A DNA stretch of 64,000 nt. It comes from Ignavibacteria bacterium (lineage in GTDB: Bacteria > Bacteroidota > Ignavibacteria > Kapaibacteriales > UBA961). Below are positions 8,725 through 19,738 of the stretch, in pieces (within the stretch, counting starts at the first letter, position 1; the number at the start of each line of letters is the position of its first letter). The stretch is taken from assembly GCA_947491315.1 (NCBI GenBank), contig CANLII010000006.1:27301-91300 (forward strand). Direction: 5' to 3'. A program made the translations under genes and the position numbers. The notes beneath the pieces are model-generated. The model was not told where the DNA came from. It was given only the letters and a program-made list of their open reading frames with translations, and did no database searches.

Positions 8725-11214
8725 CTACAGTAAATCCAATTGTTGATTGTCAGTTTGAGGAGCATCATCACCGGGTTCTTCAACATCTTCCTCGTGAGGT
8801 ACTGTAGTAATATCCGCAATCTGATCACCTTCTTCGAGTCTGATGAGTCGAACGCCTTGGGTATTTCTTCCAATGATGCGGACATCCTTCACAGGTTGTC
8901 TAATCAAGATTCCACCTATTGTCATAACAACAAGATCATCGCTGTCTTGCACTTCCATGATGCTAACCACTTCACCAGTTTTGTCGGTGATATTCATGGA
9001 AATCACACCTTTTGCACCACGCTTTGTCAAGCGGAAATCTTCATAATTTGTCCGCTTGCCATAACCATTTTGTCCAACAACAATCACTTGTGAATCCGGA
9101 CGCTTAATGGCAACCATGGAAATGATACGATCTGTTTCAGCCAATTGCATACCTCTGACACCTGCCGCAGTTCTGCCCATGGCTCTCACATCACTCTCAC
9201 GGAAACGACATGCAAGACCTGCATTGGATCCGATGATGATATCATTTGAGCCATCAGTGATTTTAGCAGCAATCAATCGATCTGTATCATTGAGAGAAAT
9301 TGCTATCTTACCATTTGCGCGTACGCTTTCGAATTCGGATAATAATGTCTTTTTCACAGTACCATTTTCGGTAGCCATGAAGATAAACATATTCTCAGTG
9401 AATTCTTTGACGGTGAGTGTAGCTGTCACTTGCTCATCACTTGCCTTTTCAATCACATTTGCCAATGATCTTCCTTTAGCATTACGACTTGCTTCGGGTA
9501 AATCATAGACTTTAACGCGGAAAACACGACCTCTATCAGTGAAGAACAAGAGATAATGATGTGTTGCCGCACGGAATACCTGCTCTACATAATCATTCTC
9601 ATATGTACCAGCACCACTTGCTCCACGACCACCTTTATGTTGTCTTCGATAATTGGTGACAGCGGTTCTTTTGATGAAACCTTTATTAGAAATTGTCACG
9701 ATCATTTCTTCATTGGCAATCATATCCTCCAATGTGAAATCACGAGCATCATGTACAATTTCCGTTCTGCGTTCATCACCATATTTTGCTCTTAAACCTG
9801 CTAGCTCATCACTGATGATCTGCATCTGAGTTTCTTTGCTTGCAAGAATTGCACGAAGGCGCTCAATCAATTGAATGATTTCACGATATTCATTTTGGAT
9901 CTTATCGCGCTCAAGACCTGTCAATCTTTGCAAACGCATTTCAAGAATTGCTTTGGCTTGGATCTCTGATAAACCGAATCGCTGCTGCAAGTTGAGATTT
10001 GCAGTTGATGTATCTTTCGACTCTTTGATGGTCTTGATCACCTCATCGATATTATCCAAAGCGATGATGAAACCTTCCAAGATATGTGCTCGTTTTTCCG
10101 CAGCCTGAAGTTCAAAGCGTGTTCTACGAACAATGACTTCAATACGATGCTTCAGAAATTCTTCCATCATCTGTTTGATATTGAGGACTCTTGGGCGACC
10201 CTCAACCAGCGCAAGCATAATCACGCCGAATGTTGTTTGAAGTTGTGTATGCTTATACAGATTATTCAAAACAACCATCGGTGTTGCATCACGCTTAAGT
10301 TCTATCACGATGCGCATTCCATCACGATCTGATTCATCACGTATATCGGAAATATCTTCAAGAACTTTTGCTCGCACCAAATCAGCAATCTTCTCAATCA
10401 ATGATGCCTTGCTGACTTGATATGGCAATTCCGTGATAATGATTGTTTCTCTGGTTTTTGTGGCTTCAACACTGGCTTTTGCTCTGACAATAACTCGACC
10501 ACGGCCGGTGAGAAAGGCATCCTTAACACCTTCATATCCATAAATGATGCCGCCAGTTGGGAAATCAGGAGCTTTTATATGTTCCATCAATTCCGGAATG
10601 GTTACATCCGGATTCGTGATCATTACTTGCAAACCATCAATAATCTCTCTGAGATTGTGAGGTGGGATATTTGTTGCCATACCAACCGCAATACCACCTG
10701 CTCCATTGACAAGGAGTGTTGGCAGTGATGTGGGTAATACACTCGGCTCTTCCAGGGAATCATCAAAATTCGGCCTAAAATCTACAGTATCCTTGTCGAT
10801 ATCACGCAAGATTTCCATAGATAATGATGTCAGCTTGGTTTCAGTGTAACGCATCGCTGCAGGTGGATCACCATCTACAGACCCAAAGTTACCCTGACCA
10901 TCAACAAGAGGATAGCGCATTGACCATCCTTGAGCTAATCTGACCATTGCATCATATACCGATGAGTCACCATGGGGGTGAAATTTCCCCAATACCTCAC
11001 CTACAAGACGAGCAGATTTTTTATATGGCCTATTTGGCACTAATCCAAGTTCATACATCGCATAAAGAATCCTGCGATGCACCGGTTTCAGTCCATCTCG
11101 AACATCGGGTAATGCACGAGAGACAATGACTGACATGGAATAATCGAGATATGAACTGCGCATTTCATCTTCCAGGTTAACCGGAAGTATGCGCTCGCTG
11201 AGTAGCGATGACAT
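8725..11214 (-). CDS. gyrA: DNA gyrase subunit A
   Basis: 829 aa. N-terminus contains ..VHRRILYAM with the active-site Tyr region. C-terminal beta-pinwheel repeats and an acidic tail. Unmistakable GyrA architecture. Confidence 0.97.
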   Translation of the reverse strand: MSSLLSERILPVNLEDEMRSSYLDYSMSVIVSRALPDVRDGLKPVHRRILYAMYELGLVPNRPYKKSARLVGEVLGKFHPHGDSSVYDAMVRLAQGWSMRYPLVDGQGNFGSVDGDPPAAMRYTETKLTSLSMEILRDIDKDTVDFRPNFDDSLEEPSVLPTSLPTLLVNGAGGIAVGMATNIPPHNLREIIDGLQVMITNPDVTIPELMEHIKAPDFPTGGIIYGYEGVKDAFLTGRGRVIVRAKASVEATKTRETIIITELPYQVSKASLIEKIADLVRAKVLEDISDIRDESDRDGMRIVIELKRDATPMVVLNNLYKHTQLQTTFGVIMLALVEGRPRVLNIKQMMEEFLKHRIEVIVRRTRFELQAAEKRAHILEGFIIALDNIDEVIKTIKESKDTSTANLNLQQRFGLSEIQAKAILEMRLQRLTGLERDKIQNEYREIIQLIERLRAILASKETQMQIISDELAGLRAKYGDERRTEIVHDARDFTLEDMIANEEMIVTISNKGFIKRTAVTNYRRQHKGGRGASGAGTYENDYVEQVFRAATHHYLLFFTDRGRVFRVKVYDLPEASRNAKGRSLANVIEKASDEQVTATLTVKEFTENMFIFMATENGTVKKTLLSEFESVRANGKIAISLNDTDRLIAAKITDGSNDIIIGSNAGLACRFRESDVRAMGRTAAGVRGMQLAETDRIISMVAIKRPDSQVIVVGQNGYGKRTNYEDFRLTKRGAKGVISMNITDKTGEVVSIMEVQDSDDLVVMTIGGILIRQPVKDVRIIGRNTQGVRLIRLEEGDQIADITTVPHEEDVEEPGDDAPQTDNQQLDLL

Positions 11215-11252
11215 AGGAGTATTTTTGAGTATTGAATGAACTTAGTAAAGGG

Positions 11253-11260
11253 CAAATGTA
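11253..11260 (-). promoter_or_regulatory. Candidate -7 promoter element TACATTTG (TAnnTTTG), about 39 nt upstream of the gyrA ATG
   Basis: Exact motif on the minus strand in the gyrA leader. No clear -33 TTTG partner. Confidence 0.3.
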
Positions 11261-11325
11261 CGAATTTGAGACGTAATTTCTGAGTTAAAAAACACCTAAA
11301 AAAGCTGATATTTCCACATTCCCCA

Positions 11326-11357
11326 TAAAAAAAGCCGTCCTGATCCAGAACGGCTTG
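11326..11357 (-). terminator. Hairpin + T-run terminator after tRNA-Ser(GGA), minus strand
   Basis: AAGCCGTCCTG-ATC-CAGAACGGCTT stem (one mismatch), followed on the minus strand by TTTTTTTAT. Confidence 0.6.
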
Positions 11358-11444
11358 CGGAAAGGGCGGGATTCGAACCCGCGGTACCGTTACCGGTACA
11401 CACGCTTTCCAGGCGTGCCAATTAAACCACTCTTGCACCTTTCC
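11358..11444 (-). tRNA. tRNA-Ser (anticodon GGA), type II
   Basis: Reverse complement GGAAAGG..CACGC-CUGGAAA-GCGUG..GCGGG-TTCGAAT-CCCGC-CCTTTCC-G. Anticodon GGA with U33/A37 and a long variable arm. Confidence 0.85.
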
Positions 11445-11629
11445 AAGTGGTTCTCGTAAAAACGAATCGCAAATGTAGGGAATTCTTCCGAATTTTCGAT
11501 GCTACTTTCTCTATGGAAGGTTGCAACTGTGCACAACTTATTGGGATAGAACCTGCTTCATTGCTTTCAATTCACTACTTTTGCACAGCATATTACAGTA
11601 TTTCTGTTTCACTCATTCGGACTTCTATC

Positions 11630-12697
11630 ATGTTCGATTCGATTGTCTCCCTTTTAGGCGAAAACGCTTCTTATTTACTTGATCATCACTCAAACACTAT
11701 CCCGAAAGAGCAGCTTCATCTCCCTTCTCCGAATGCTGTGGATGAAATTTTTGGCATTTCGGATAGAAATAACAGAGTATTGTCGAATCTTCAGAGAATG
11801 GCTGATTCGGGAAGATTGGCAGGAACCGGTTATACTTCAATCCTTCCTGTAGATCAAGGCATTGAGCATTCCGCAGGTGCCAGTTTTGCAAAAAATCCTG
11901 CCTATTTCGATCCTGAGAATATCATCAAGCTTGCCATTGAGGGTGGCTGCAATGCAGTTGCCTCCACTTTCGGTGTTTTGTCGATGACAAGCAGAAAATA
12001 CGCGCATAGGATTCCTTATATAGTGAAAATCAATCATAATGAGCTTCTCACATATCCGAATAAAGCTGATCAAATCATGTATGGGACAATGAAGCAGGCC
12101 TATGATATGGGTGCCGCGGCTGTAGGAGCTACGATTTATTTTGGATCACCTGAAAGTACAAGACAAATTATTGAAGTATCCGAAGCTTTTGCCATGGCGC
12201 ATGATTTGGGAATGGCAACTATTTTGTGGTGCTATATTAGGAATTCAGCATTCAAAACTGCAGAGAAGGATTTTCATGTTTCTGCAGACTTGACGGGTCA
12301 GGCAAACCATCTCGGCGTGACGATCAATGCAGATATTATCAAGCAAAAACTCCCAGAGAACAATGGCGGCTATTCGGCATTGAACATGGGTGGATCTTCA
12401 TATGGTAAATTGGATAAACGAATGTATACCGAGTTATCCAGTGATCACCCTATAGATCTCTGCCGTTATCAAGTTGCAAATTGTTATATGGGAAGAATCG
12501 GACTCATCAATTCCGGCGGTGCATCTGGAGAAAACGACATGTCGGAAGCTGTTTCAACCGCGGTAATCAATAAAAGAGCCGGCGGAATGGGCTTGATTTC
12601 AGGCAGAAAAGCATTTCAAAAACCAATGAATGAAGGCATTGCATTATTGCAAGGCATTCAGGATGTCTATCTCTGCAAAGAGATTACCGTGGCATAA
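11630..12697 (+). CDS. fbaB: Class I fructose-bisphosphate aldolase (DhnA/FbaB type)
   Basis: Near-collinear match to E. coli FbaB from the internal Met: [66 protein letters not shown]. The 61 codons of ORF-track extension upstream of this Met are non-homologous and overlap the tRNA terminator region. Confidence 0.92.
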   Translation: MFDSIVSLLGENASYLLDHHSNTIPKEQLHLPSPNAVDEIFGISDRNNRVLSNLQRMADSGRLAGTGYTSILPVDQGIEHSAGASFAKNPAYFDPENIIKLAIEGGCNAVASTFGVLSMTSRKYAHRIPYIVKINHNELLTYPNKADQIMYGTMKQAYDMGAAAVGATIYFGSPESTRQIIEVSEAFAMAHDLGMATILWCYIRNSAFKTAEKDFHVSADLTGQANHLGVTINADIIKQKLPENNGGYSALNMGGSSYGKLDKRMYTELSSDHPIDLCRYQVANCYMGRIGLINSGGASGENDMSEAVSTAVINKRAGGMGLISGRKAFQKPMNEGIALLQGIQDVYLCKEITVA

Positions 12698-12701
12698 TTT
12701 C

Positions 12702-14474
12702 ATGAAAGAACTCTCGCGATTATTTCCCTATCTGAAAAGGCATAAGCTACGCTTGATGCTTGGATTTCTGTTTGTCACTATTTCCAATATATGTTCGACA
12801 TCCATTCCTCGTTATGTTGGGTTAATTGTAGATGGCATGCAAAAAACACAAACAAATCAAGATGAAGTCAATGCTTCTATTGTGATCATTCTGCTCTTGA
12901 CAATTAGTTCCGGTTTTTTCATGTATCTCACTCGCAAGACGATTATTGTTTCCTCGCGATTGATTGAATATGAATTGCGCAATGATTTGCTGATCGCGCT
13001 ACAAAGACAATCCCTTTCCTTCTATCACAAGAATCCAACGGGTTCTTTGATGGCTCTCACCACGAATGATATAGCTGCAATGAGAGAATTCCTTGGGCCT
13101 GCGCTGATGTATTCGGCAAATACAATCACAACATTCTCATTCGCACTCGCTTTCATGGGATCACTTAATCCTTCGCTGACATTGATGGCATTGCTCCCTC
13201 TTCCCTTCATGGCATTTCTGACATATTTCATTGGGAAGAAAGTCCATATCGGTTTTCGTGATGTACAAGAACAATTTTCGCAATTGACTTCGAAGGCGCA
13301 AGAGACATTCAGTGGCGTGAGAGTGATTCGAGCATATCGAAGAGAAGCTTTCGAGACCGGTGAATTCGAAAAGCAAAGTGAAGTCTATCAACAAAGAAAT
13401 ATTCGACTTGCCTTTTTGCAATCTCTCACCATGCCTTCAATGATGGCACTTGTGGGATTCTCAAATCTCTTAGTATTAGGATATGGCGGAATACTTGTCA
13501 TTGAGGGTAAAGCAACAATTGGAGACTTATCACAGTTTTTCATCTATCTCAATCAACTCATTTGGCCTGTTGCTGCGATAGGTTGGGTTACCAATCTCAT
13601 TCAAAGAGCAGCTGCATCAGCTAAAAGAGTCGGTGATATCATGGATATGCAATCAGAAATCATAAATGATATTTCTGAGACTGTCAAGCCGATAGGTATT
13701 TCCGAAATCTCATTTGAAGCCGTTGGTATGCGCTATCCCGGTCGATCAATTCCCGCTCTTGATGATATCACATTTAAAATCCCAAAAGGTTCTTCCATCG
13801 GCATCGTTGGAGCAACAGGAAGTGGCAAATCAACAATAGCGGCATTGCTTCCCAGATTATTCGATCCAACCTCAGGTGTCATCACCATTGATGGACACAA
13901 TATCAGGACAATGCCACTCGAAGTTTTACGAAAGAAAATCGGTCTCATTCAACAAGAAGCATTCTTGTTTTCAATGTCACTTGCCGATAATATCCGATTC
14001 GGGAATCCCGATGCAAGCTTGGAAGATGTAAAAAGAGCCGCTGAATTGGCAGGCTTAGCAGATGATATAGCTGATTTTCCAAAAGGATATGACACCATTG
14101 TCGGCGAAAGAGGTATCACATTATCCGGTGGACAAAAACAAAGGACTGCAATCGCAAGAGCAATCATCATAAATCCTGAATTGCTCATTTTTGATGATGC
14201 ATTCTCTGCAGTGGATACTGCAACAGAGGAACATATCATCAAAAGTCTTTCAATGCTTATGGAATATCGTACGACAATCATCATTGCACATAGAATCTCC
14301 ACAGTATCATTATGCGATGCGATCATTGTGCTTGATAAAGGACAAATCATTGAAAGAGGTACTCATAAAGAATTACTGACAATGAATGGTGTCTATGCAA
14401 ACATGCATGAGCGTCAACAATTGGAAGAAGAATTCAAGCATTATTCGACTGAGATTTCGGAGATTGAACAATGA
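12702..14474 (+). CDS. ABC transporter, fused permease/ATPase (MsbA-like lipid/glycolipid exporter)
   Basis: Six-TM exporter domain then an NBD with Walker A GATGSGKST, signature LSGGQKQR and Walker B LIFDDAFSAVD. Start at the internal ATG 12702 (MKELSRLFPYLK..), 4 nt after the fbaB stop. Confidence 0.88.
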   Translation: MKELSRLFPYLKRHKLRLMLGFLFVTISNICSTSIPRYVGLIVDGMQKTQTNQDEVNASIVIILLLTISSGFFMYLTRKTIIVSSRLIEYELRNDLLIALQRQSLSFYHKNPTGSLMALTTNDIAAMREFLGPALMYSANTITTFSFALAFMGSLNPSLTLMALLPLPFMAFLTYFIGKKVHIGFRDVQEQFSQLTSKAQETFSGVRVIRAYRREAFETGEFEKQSEVYQQRNIRLAFLQSLTMPSMMALVGFSNLLVLGYGGILVIEGKATIGDLSQFFIYLNQLIWPVAAIGWVTNLIQRAAASAKRVGDIMDMQSEIINDISETVKPIGISEISFEAVGMRYPGRSIPALDDITFKIPKGSSIGIVGATGSGKSTIAALLPRLFDPTSGVITIDGHNIRTMPLEVLRKKIGLIQQEAFLFSMSLADNIRFGNPDASLEDVKRAAELAGLADDIADFPKGYDTIVGERGITLSGGQKQRTAIARAIIINPELLIFDDAFSAVDTATEEHIIKSLSMLMEYRTTIIIAHRISTVSLCDAIIVLDKGQIIERGTHKELLTMNGVYANMHERQQLEEEFKHYSTEISEIEQ

Positions 14475-15424
14475 AACTCTCGATTGTCATACCTATGTAT
14501 AATGAAGAAGGTATTGTACATGCTCTCTATCAAAGACTTGAACATACAAAAGCTTTATTCAACAGAAAATTCGATCTCATGCCATCTGACATTGAAATCA
14601 TCTTCGTGAATGATGGCTCCTCTGATGGTACATTCGATGCGCTCAAACGCTTGTGCATGGATGAAGCACATTATCAATTACTCAATCTATCTAGAAATCA
14701 TGGCCATCAAATAGCCATTACCGCCGGCATTGATCTGGCAAAAGGAGATGCTGTGGCAGTGATTGATGGCGATTTGCAAGATCCCCCGGAAACGATTGTA
14801 GATCTCTATGGGAAAATGCAGGAAGGCTTCGATGTTGTCTATGCAGTTCGAAAAAAACGCGAAGGTGAAACTCCATTCAAATTATTCACCGCGAAATTGT
14901 TTTACCGATTGCTCAAAAAGTTGACCAATGTTGAAATCCCTGTTGACACAGGAGATTTTCGCATCATGAGCCGAAGAGTCGTAACGATTCTCATGTCCAT
15001 GAATGAAAGACATCGTTTCATTCGCGGGATGATCAGCTGGATTGGATTCAATCAAACAGGTTTTGAATATGAAAGACATGAAAGACATTCCGGAGAGACG
15101 AAATATACATTCTCAAAGATGATCAAATTTGCTTTTGATGGCATCACTTCGTTTTCTTCCATACCTCTGAAACTCGCTTCCTATATGGGAATCATTACTG
15201 CGATGTTCGGTTTTTTGTATAGCGTATATATTGTATTTCTGAAGCTATTTGTCCCAAAAGCACAAATAGAACTCGGTTGGGCTTCGATCATCATCTTTAT
15301 TCTATTGCTCGGCGGAATACAATTACTTGCACTTGGCATGATCGGTGAATATCTCGGAAGGATACATGATGAAACCAAATTCCGCCCATTGTATATTGTT
15401 GAACATATCTATAAAAAAGAATGA
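14471..15424 (+). CDS. GT2 polyprenyl-phosphate glycosyltransferase (ArnC/GtrB/DPM1-like)
   Basis: MKLSIVIPMYNEE..VNDGSSDGT..DGDLQDPPE, about 317 aa with two C-terminal TM helices. ATGA overlap with the ABC stop. Confidence 0.85.
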   Translation: MKLSIVIPMYNEEGIVHALYQRLEHTKALFNRKFDLMPSDIEIIFVNDGSSDGTFDALKRLCMDEAHYQLLNLSRNHGHQIAITAGIDLAKGDAVAVIDGDLQDPPETIVDLYGKMQEGFDVVYAVRKKREGETPFKLFTAKLFYRLLKKLTNVEIPVDTGDFRIMSRRVVTILMSMNERHRFIRGMISWIGFNQTGFEYERHERHSGETKYTFSKMIKFAFDGITSFSSIPLKLASYMGIITAMFGFLYSVYIVFLKLFVPKAQIELGWASIIIFILLLGGIQLLALGMIGEYLGRIHDETKFRPLYIVEHIYKKE

Positions 15425-16119
15425 GTGAATTTGATAAATATGCTCGAGATTATGATGACATGCATGCCGAGAATGTGAAGTCTTCAGGTTATACACCCGC
15501 TTTTTTTGATGAATACAAGGTAAAAGAAATTGCTCGTTTATTGCATGCTCGAAATCAGACAAATAAACCATTACATATTCTGAATTTTGGATGTGGAATT
15601 GGAAAGAGTGAGCAATATCTCCATAAGTATTTTCCCTATGCCTCGATTGTCGGAGCGGATGTATCAAATGATTCACTTGACATAGCAAAAAAAGCTAATG
15701 CTGATTTGGATTGCATTCGTTGGGAATTGATATCTGAGACCGAGACCATTGGTTTTGGTGATACATTTGATGTGATTTTCATTGCAAATGTCTTTCATCA
15801 TATACCGCATTCAGAGCATGAGCGGATGTTGAAAGATTTACGAAATCACCTCAGACCCGATGGTAGACTTTTCATGTTTGAGCATAATCCTTGGAATCCA
15901 ATCACCGTGAAGACCATCAAGGATTGTCCATTCGACATCGATGCAGTGCTTTTGTCTCCTGCTTATTCAAAATCCGTGTATCAAAAAGCCGGATTTTCAG
16001 GAACATCCTTGCGATTTACATTGTTCTTCCCCTCATTCGCATCATTCTTGCGCCCTTTGGAGCCCATGCTCTCTTGGCTACCACTAGGTGCCCAATACTA
16101 TATTGAAGCGAAACCATGA
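15421..16119 (+). CDS. Class I SAM-dependent methyltransferase
   Basis: Motif I ILNFGCGIGK, motif II/III region VGADVS..FDVIFIANVFHH. ATGA overlap with the GT2 stop. Confidence 0.75.
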   Translation: MSEFDKYARDYDDMHAENVKSSGYTPAFFDEYKVKEIARLLHARNQTNKPLHILNFGCGIGKSEQYLHKYFPYASIVGADVSNDSLDIAKKANADLDCIRWELISETETIGFGDTFDVIFIANVFHHIPHSEHERMLKDLRNHLRPDGRLFMFEHNPWNPITVKTIKDCPFDIDAVLLSPAYSKSVYQKAGFSGTSLRFTLFFPSFASFLRPLEPMLSWLPLGAQYYIEAKP

Positions 16120-16220
16120 TATATGGCTGTTTTTTGATAAACAGCGGATAAATCCATAGTTTTACAGTAGTTTTTATCGAATTTACACAAACCATCACAG
16201 CATTGTAAGGATACTCATCG

Positions 16221-16988
16221 ATGTCATCATTGCTACAATTTCTTCGATCCACAGTCTTCACGAAAATCGTGATGGCCATAACTGGCCTTCTTATTATCGG
16301 TTTTTTGATCGGACATATGCTTGGCAATCTCTTGATGTTTGCAGGGCCTGAAAAAATCAATGCCTATGCTCTTGGATTGAAAAATCTTGGACCGCTCCTC
16401 TGGCTTGTTCGACTCGGTATGATTGCGGCATTCGGTCTGCATATTTGGTCATCGATTCAACTCGCTTACAGAAATAAAATGGCAAGACCTGTTCAATATG
16501 ATACCAAGAAATCTCTCAAATCAACATTTGCATCAAGAACAATGTTGGTTTCCGGCCTGGCGATTCTCTTCTTTGTGATCTATCATTTATTGCATTATAC
16601 ATTCGGCATCATTCAACCGAATACCTATCATGCAGGTGGGTATCGCATGGAATCCACCGGTGAAATTGTACATCATGTGTACAATATGGTTGTTGCAGGA
16701 TTCCAAAATCCATACATTTCTATCTCCTATATTCTTGCCCTGATATTTTTGTCTTCACATGTGAGTCATGCCACAACTAGTGCATTTCATACTTTGGGCG
16801 TGATGAATCCTAATGCAAAAAAAATCACTTCAAAGATTGGGCCAGCATTAGCAGGCTTATTTCTTGTCGGTTATCTATCCATTCCAATTGGCGTAATGAT
16901 TGGAGTCATCAAAAAAGCTCCTGATCAGAAATATGTTTCGACAATGACCAAAGATTGTCCTGATACTCCCGATTGCAAATGCGAGTAA
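16221..16988 (+). CDS. sdhC: Succinate dehydrogenase/fumarate reductase cytochrome b subunit (Bacteroides FrdC/SdhC type)
   Basis: 255 aa, five predicted TM helices with conserved His residues, immediately upstream of the flavoprotein and Fe-S subunits. Cys-rich tail ..DCPDTPDCKCE. Confidence 0.8.
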   Translation: MSSLLQFLRSTVFTKIVMAITGLLIIGFLIGHMLGNLLMFAGPEKINAYALGLKNLGPLLWLVRLGMIAAFGLHIWSSIQLAYRNKMARPVQYDTKKSLKSTFASRTMLVSGLAILFFVIYHLLHYTFGIIQPNTYHAGGYRMESTGEIVHHVYNMVVAGFQNPYISISYILALIFLSSHVSHATTSAFHTLGVMNPNAKKITSKIGPALAGLFLVGYLSIPIGVMIGVIKKAPDQKYVSTMTKDCPDTPDCKCE

Positions 16989-17031
16989 TCCGATTAAATA
17001 AACAAGACTTTCACTATACCGTGATATATCC

Positions 17032-18945
17032 ATGAAACTTGAATCGAATATTCCTTCAGGACCCATTGAACAAAAATGGGATAAACACCGAGCGGAAGCG
17101 AAGTTGGTAAATCCTTCTAATAAGAGAAAATACCGTATCCTTATCGTTGGGTCTGGACTTGCCGGTGCATCTGCCGCAGCCACACTAGCAGAATTGGGAT
17201 ATAATGTTGATTGCTTCACTTTTCACGATTCACCACGCAGAGCACATTCTATTGCCGCTCAAGGTGGAATCAATGCTGCCAAGAATTATCAGAATGATGG
17301 TGACAGTATTTACCGACTCTTCTATGATACCGTAAAAGGTGGTGATTTTCGTGCAAGAGAAGGAAATGTGTACCGCCTCGCACAAGTCAGCGTAAACATC
17401 ATCGATCAGTGTGTGGCTCAAGGTGTTCCATTTGCACGCGAATATGGTGGATATCTCACCAATCGTTCATTTGGTGGCGCACAAGTGTCTCGTACTTTCT
17501 ATGCGAAGGGTCAAACAGGTCAGCAATTACTACTCGGTGCATATTCCGCTTTGTCTCGTCAGATTGGCGCAGGCACAGTGACGATGCACACTAGAAATGA
17601 GATGATGGAATTGGTACTAGTTGATGGACATGCTCGTGGAATAGTCACCCGCGATCTTGTAACCGGTAAGATTGAATCTTGGTCAGGCGATGCGGTCATT
17701 TTCGCAACTGGTGGATATTCTAATGTGTTTTATCTTTCAACAAATGCGATGGCATGTAATGTGACATCCATTTGGAGAGCGCATAAGAAAGGTGCAGGAC
17801 TTGCAAATCCTTGTTTCACTCAAATTCATCCTACATCGATTCCTCAACAAGGCGAATATCAAGCAAAGCTTACACTGATGAGCGAATCACTCAGAAATGA
17901 TGGTCGTGTATGGGTGCCTCTAAAAGCGAATGACAATCGCGCATCACATGATATTCCTGAAAACGAAAGAGATTATTACCTAGAAAGAAAGTATCCTTCA
18001 TTTGGAAATCTTTCACCTCGTGACATTGCTTCTCGCGCCGCAAAAGAAGTGTGTGATGAAGGTCGTGGAGTTGGTCCAGGTGGTCGTGGCGTATATCTTG
18101 ATTTTTCAGCAGCAATCAATAGACTAGGTGAAAAGACAATCGCAGAGCGCTATGGCAATCTGTTTGAAATGTATGAAAGAATATCAGGTGAGAATCCATA
18201 TACATCACCAATGAGAATTTACCCCGCACCTCATTATACGATGGGTGGTTTATGGGTGGATTATAATCTGATGAGTACCATACCAGGATTGCATGTACTT
18301 GGCGAAGCGAATTTCTCAGATCATGGTGCAAATCGTCTAGGTGCAAGCGCTTTGATGCAGGGCTTGGCTGATGGATATTTCGTGATTCCTTATACAATCG
18401 GACATTATCTTGCGGGTGTGAAACCTGGCGAGATAACGAATGAGCATCCTGAGTTTAAGAAGGCGGTTGCCGATGTAGAAGGCAGAGTATCCAAGTTTCT
18501 TTCCATCAATGGCAAACGCACGACATCTTCATTCCATAGAGAACTCGGAATGCTTATGTGGAATAATTGTGGTATGGCTCGCAGTGAGTCAAGCTTGAAA
18601 GAAGCACTCCAACGAATTCCTGAAATTCGTGAAGAATTTTGGAATAATGTCAATGTGGTTGGTTCAGCAAATGAATTGAATACAGCTCTAGAACATGCTG
18701 GCCGTGTTGCAGACTTCTTGGAATTTGCCGAACTCATGTGCATTGATGCTCTCGAAAGAGATGAATCATGCGGAGGTCATTTCAGAACTGAGCATCAAAC
18801 AGAAGATGGCGAAGCAAAAAGAGATGATGAAAAGTTCTGTCACTCATCGGTTTGGGAATATTCCGGTGATACCGCGAAGCCAAATTTGCATAAAGAACAA
18901 CTTACTTTTGAAAATGTTAAGCTTGCAACAAGGAGCTATAAATAA
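17032..18945 (+). CDS. sdhA: Succinate dehydrogenase/fumarate reductase flavoprotein subunit
   Basis: 637 aa. FAD fold with [10 protein letters not shown] and the covalent-FAD region [10 protein letters not shown]. Typical of the FrdA/SdhA family. Confidence 0.95.
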   Translation: MKLESNIPSGPIEQKWDKHRAEAKLVNPSNKRKYRILIVGSGLAGASAAATLAELGYNVDCFTFHDSPRRAHSIAAQGGINAAKNYQNDGDSIYRLFYDTVKGGDFRAREGNVYRLAQVSVNIIDQCVAQGVPFAREYGGYLTNRSFGGAQVSRTFYAKGQTGQQLLLGAYSALSRQIGAGTVTMHTRNEMMELVLVDGHARGIVTRDLVTGKIESWSGDAVIFATGGYSNVFYLSTNAMACNVTSIWRAHKKGAGLANPCFTQIHPTSIPQQGEYQAKLTLMSESLRNDGRVWVPLKANDNRASHDIPENERDYYLERKYPSFGNLSPRDIASRAAKEVCDEGRGVGPGGRGVYLDFSAAINRLGEKTIAERYGNLFEMYERISGENPYTSPMRIYPAPHYTMGGLWVDYNLMSTIPGLHVLGEANFSDHGANRLGASALMQGLADGYFVIPYTIGHYLAGVKPGEITNEHPEFKKAVADVEGRVSKFLSINGKRTTSSFHRELGMLMWNNCGMARSESSLKEALQRIPEIREEFWNNVNVVGSANELNTALEHAGRVADFLEFAELMCIDALERDESCGGHFRTEHQTEDGEAKRDDEKFCHSSVWEYSGDTAKPNLHKEQLTFENVKLATRSYK

Positions 18946-19688
18946 TGAAATTATCTCTGAAAATATGGCGACAGAAGAACAAGAATTCTGAAGGGATTTT
19001 CAAGAACTATGTTTTGTCAGACGTTAGCCCTGATATGTCTTTCCTTGAAATGCTAGATACTCTCAATGAACAACTGTTATCAAAGAATGAAGATCCCGTT
19101 GCATTCGATCATGATTGTCGTGAAGGTATTTGCGGTTCATGCTCCATGATGATCAATGGAAAACCGCATGGTCCGGAATCAAAGACAACTACATGCCAAT
19201 TGCACATGCGTAAATTTAAGGATGGAGATGAAGTTATTGTGGAACCATGGAGAGCAAGTGCCTTCCCTGTGATTAGAGATCTTGTTGTGGATCGTTCTGC
19301 ATTCGATAGAATCATTCAAGCAGGTGGTTTTGTATCCGTAAATACAGGCAATGCACAAGATGGTAATACTTTGCCAATTCCAAAACCTGATGCGGATGCA
19401 GCCATGGATGCTGCTGCTTGTATTGGATGTGGCGCATGTGTTGCAGCTTGCAAGAATGCATCAGCGATGCTGTTTACAGCGGCAAAAGTTTCGCATCTTG
19501 GATATTTACCACAAGGTCAACCAGAAAGACAGCGCAGAGTATTGAAAATGGTAGAGCAAATGGATAATGAAGGTTTTGGTAATTGCACCAATACTAATGA
19601 TTGCGAAGCGGCATGTCCAAAAGGCATCAGTGTCCATAATATTGCAAGACTCAATCGCGATTTCCTCAAAGCAAAATTATTCGGTTGA
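18945..19688 (+). CDS. sdhB: Succinate dehydrogenase/fumarate reductase iron-sulfur subunit
   Basis: 247 aa. 2Fe-2[10 protein letters not shown], 4Fe-4[12 protein letters not shown], 3Fe-4S C..C..CP motifs. Start overlaps the sdhA stop. Confidence 0.95.
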   Translation: MKLSLKIWRQKNKNSEGIFKNYVLSDVSPDMSFLEMLDTLNEQLLSKNEDPVAFDHDCREGICGSCSMMINGKPHGPESKTTTCQLHMRKFKDGDEVIVEPWRASAFPVIRDLVVDRSAFDRIIQAGGFVSVNTGNAQDGNTLPIPKPDADAAMDAAACIGCGACVAACKNASAMLFTAAKVSHLGYLPQGQPERQRRVLKMVEQMDNEGFGNCTNTNDCEAACPKGISVHNIARLNRDFLKAKLFG

Positions 19689-19708
19689 ACTGACTGAATT
19701 ACAGTATT

Positions 19709-19738
19709 GGGGAGATGAGTAATCATCTCCCTTTTTTT
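19709..19738 (+). terminator. Rho-independent terminator after sdhB (GGGGAGATGA-GTAA-TCATCTCCC + T7)
   Basis: Perfect roughly 10-bp stem followed by a T-run. Overlaps the stop codon of the convergent minus-strand gene. Confidence 0.85.

Noticed and set aside
8551-8733. 60-aa plus-strand ORF
   Set aside because: It lies entirely across tRNA-Ser(GCU) and its terminator, and its composition follows the tRNA sequence. Spurious.
11088-11438. 116-aa minus-strand ORF overlapping the gyrA 5' end and tRNA-Ser(GGA)
   Set aside because: It would span the gyrA promoter and a tRNA. No domain signal. Spurious.
11447-11629. 61-codon N-terminal extension of the fbaB ORF in the track
   Set aside because: The extension has no similarity to FbaB, which aligns from the internal Met at 11630. 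The extension overlaps the tRNA terminator region and is junk-like.
16126-16146. Hairpin GCTGTTT-TTTGATA-AAACAGC after the methyltransferase gene, considered as a terminator
   Set aside because: The stem is AT-rich (7 bp) and is not followed by a U-run. At best a weak terminator, so it is not listed as a feature.
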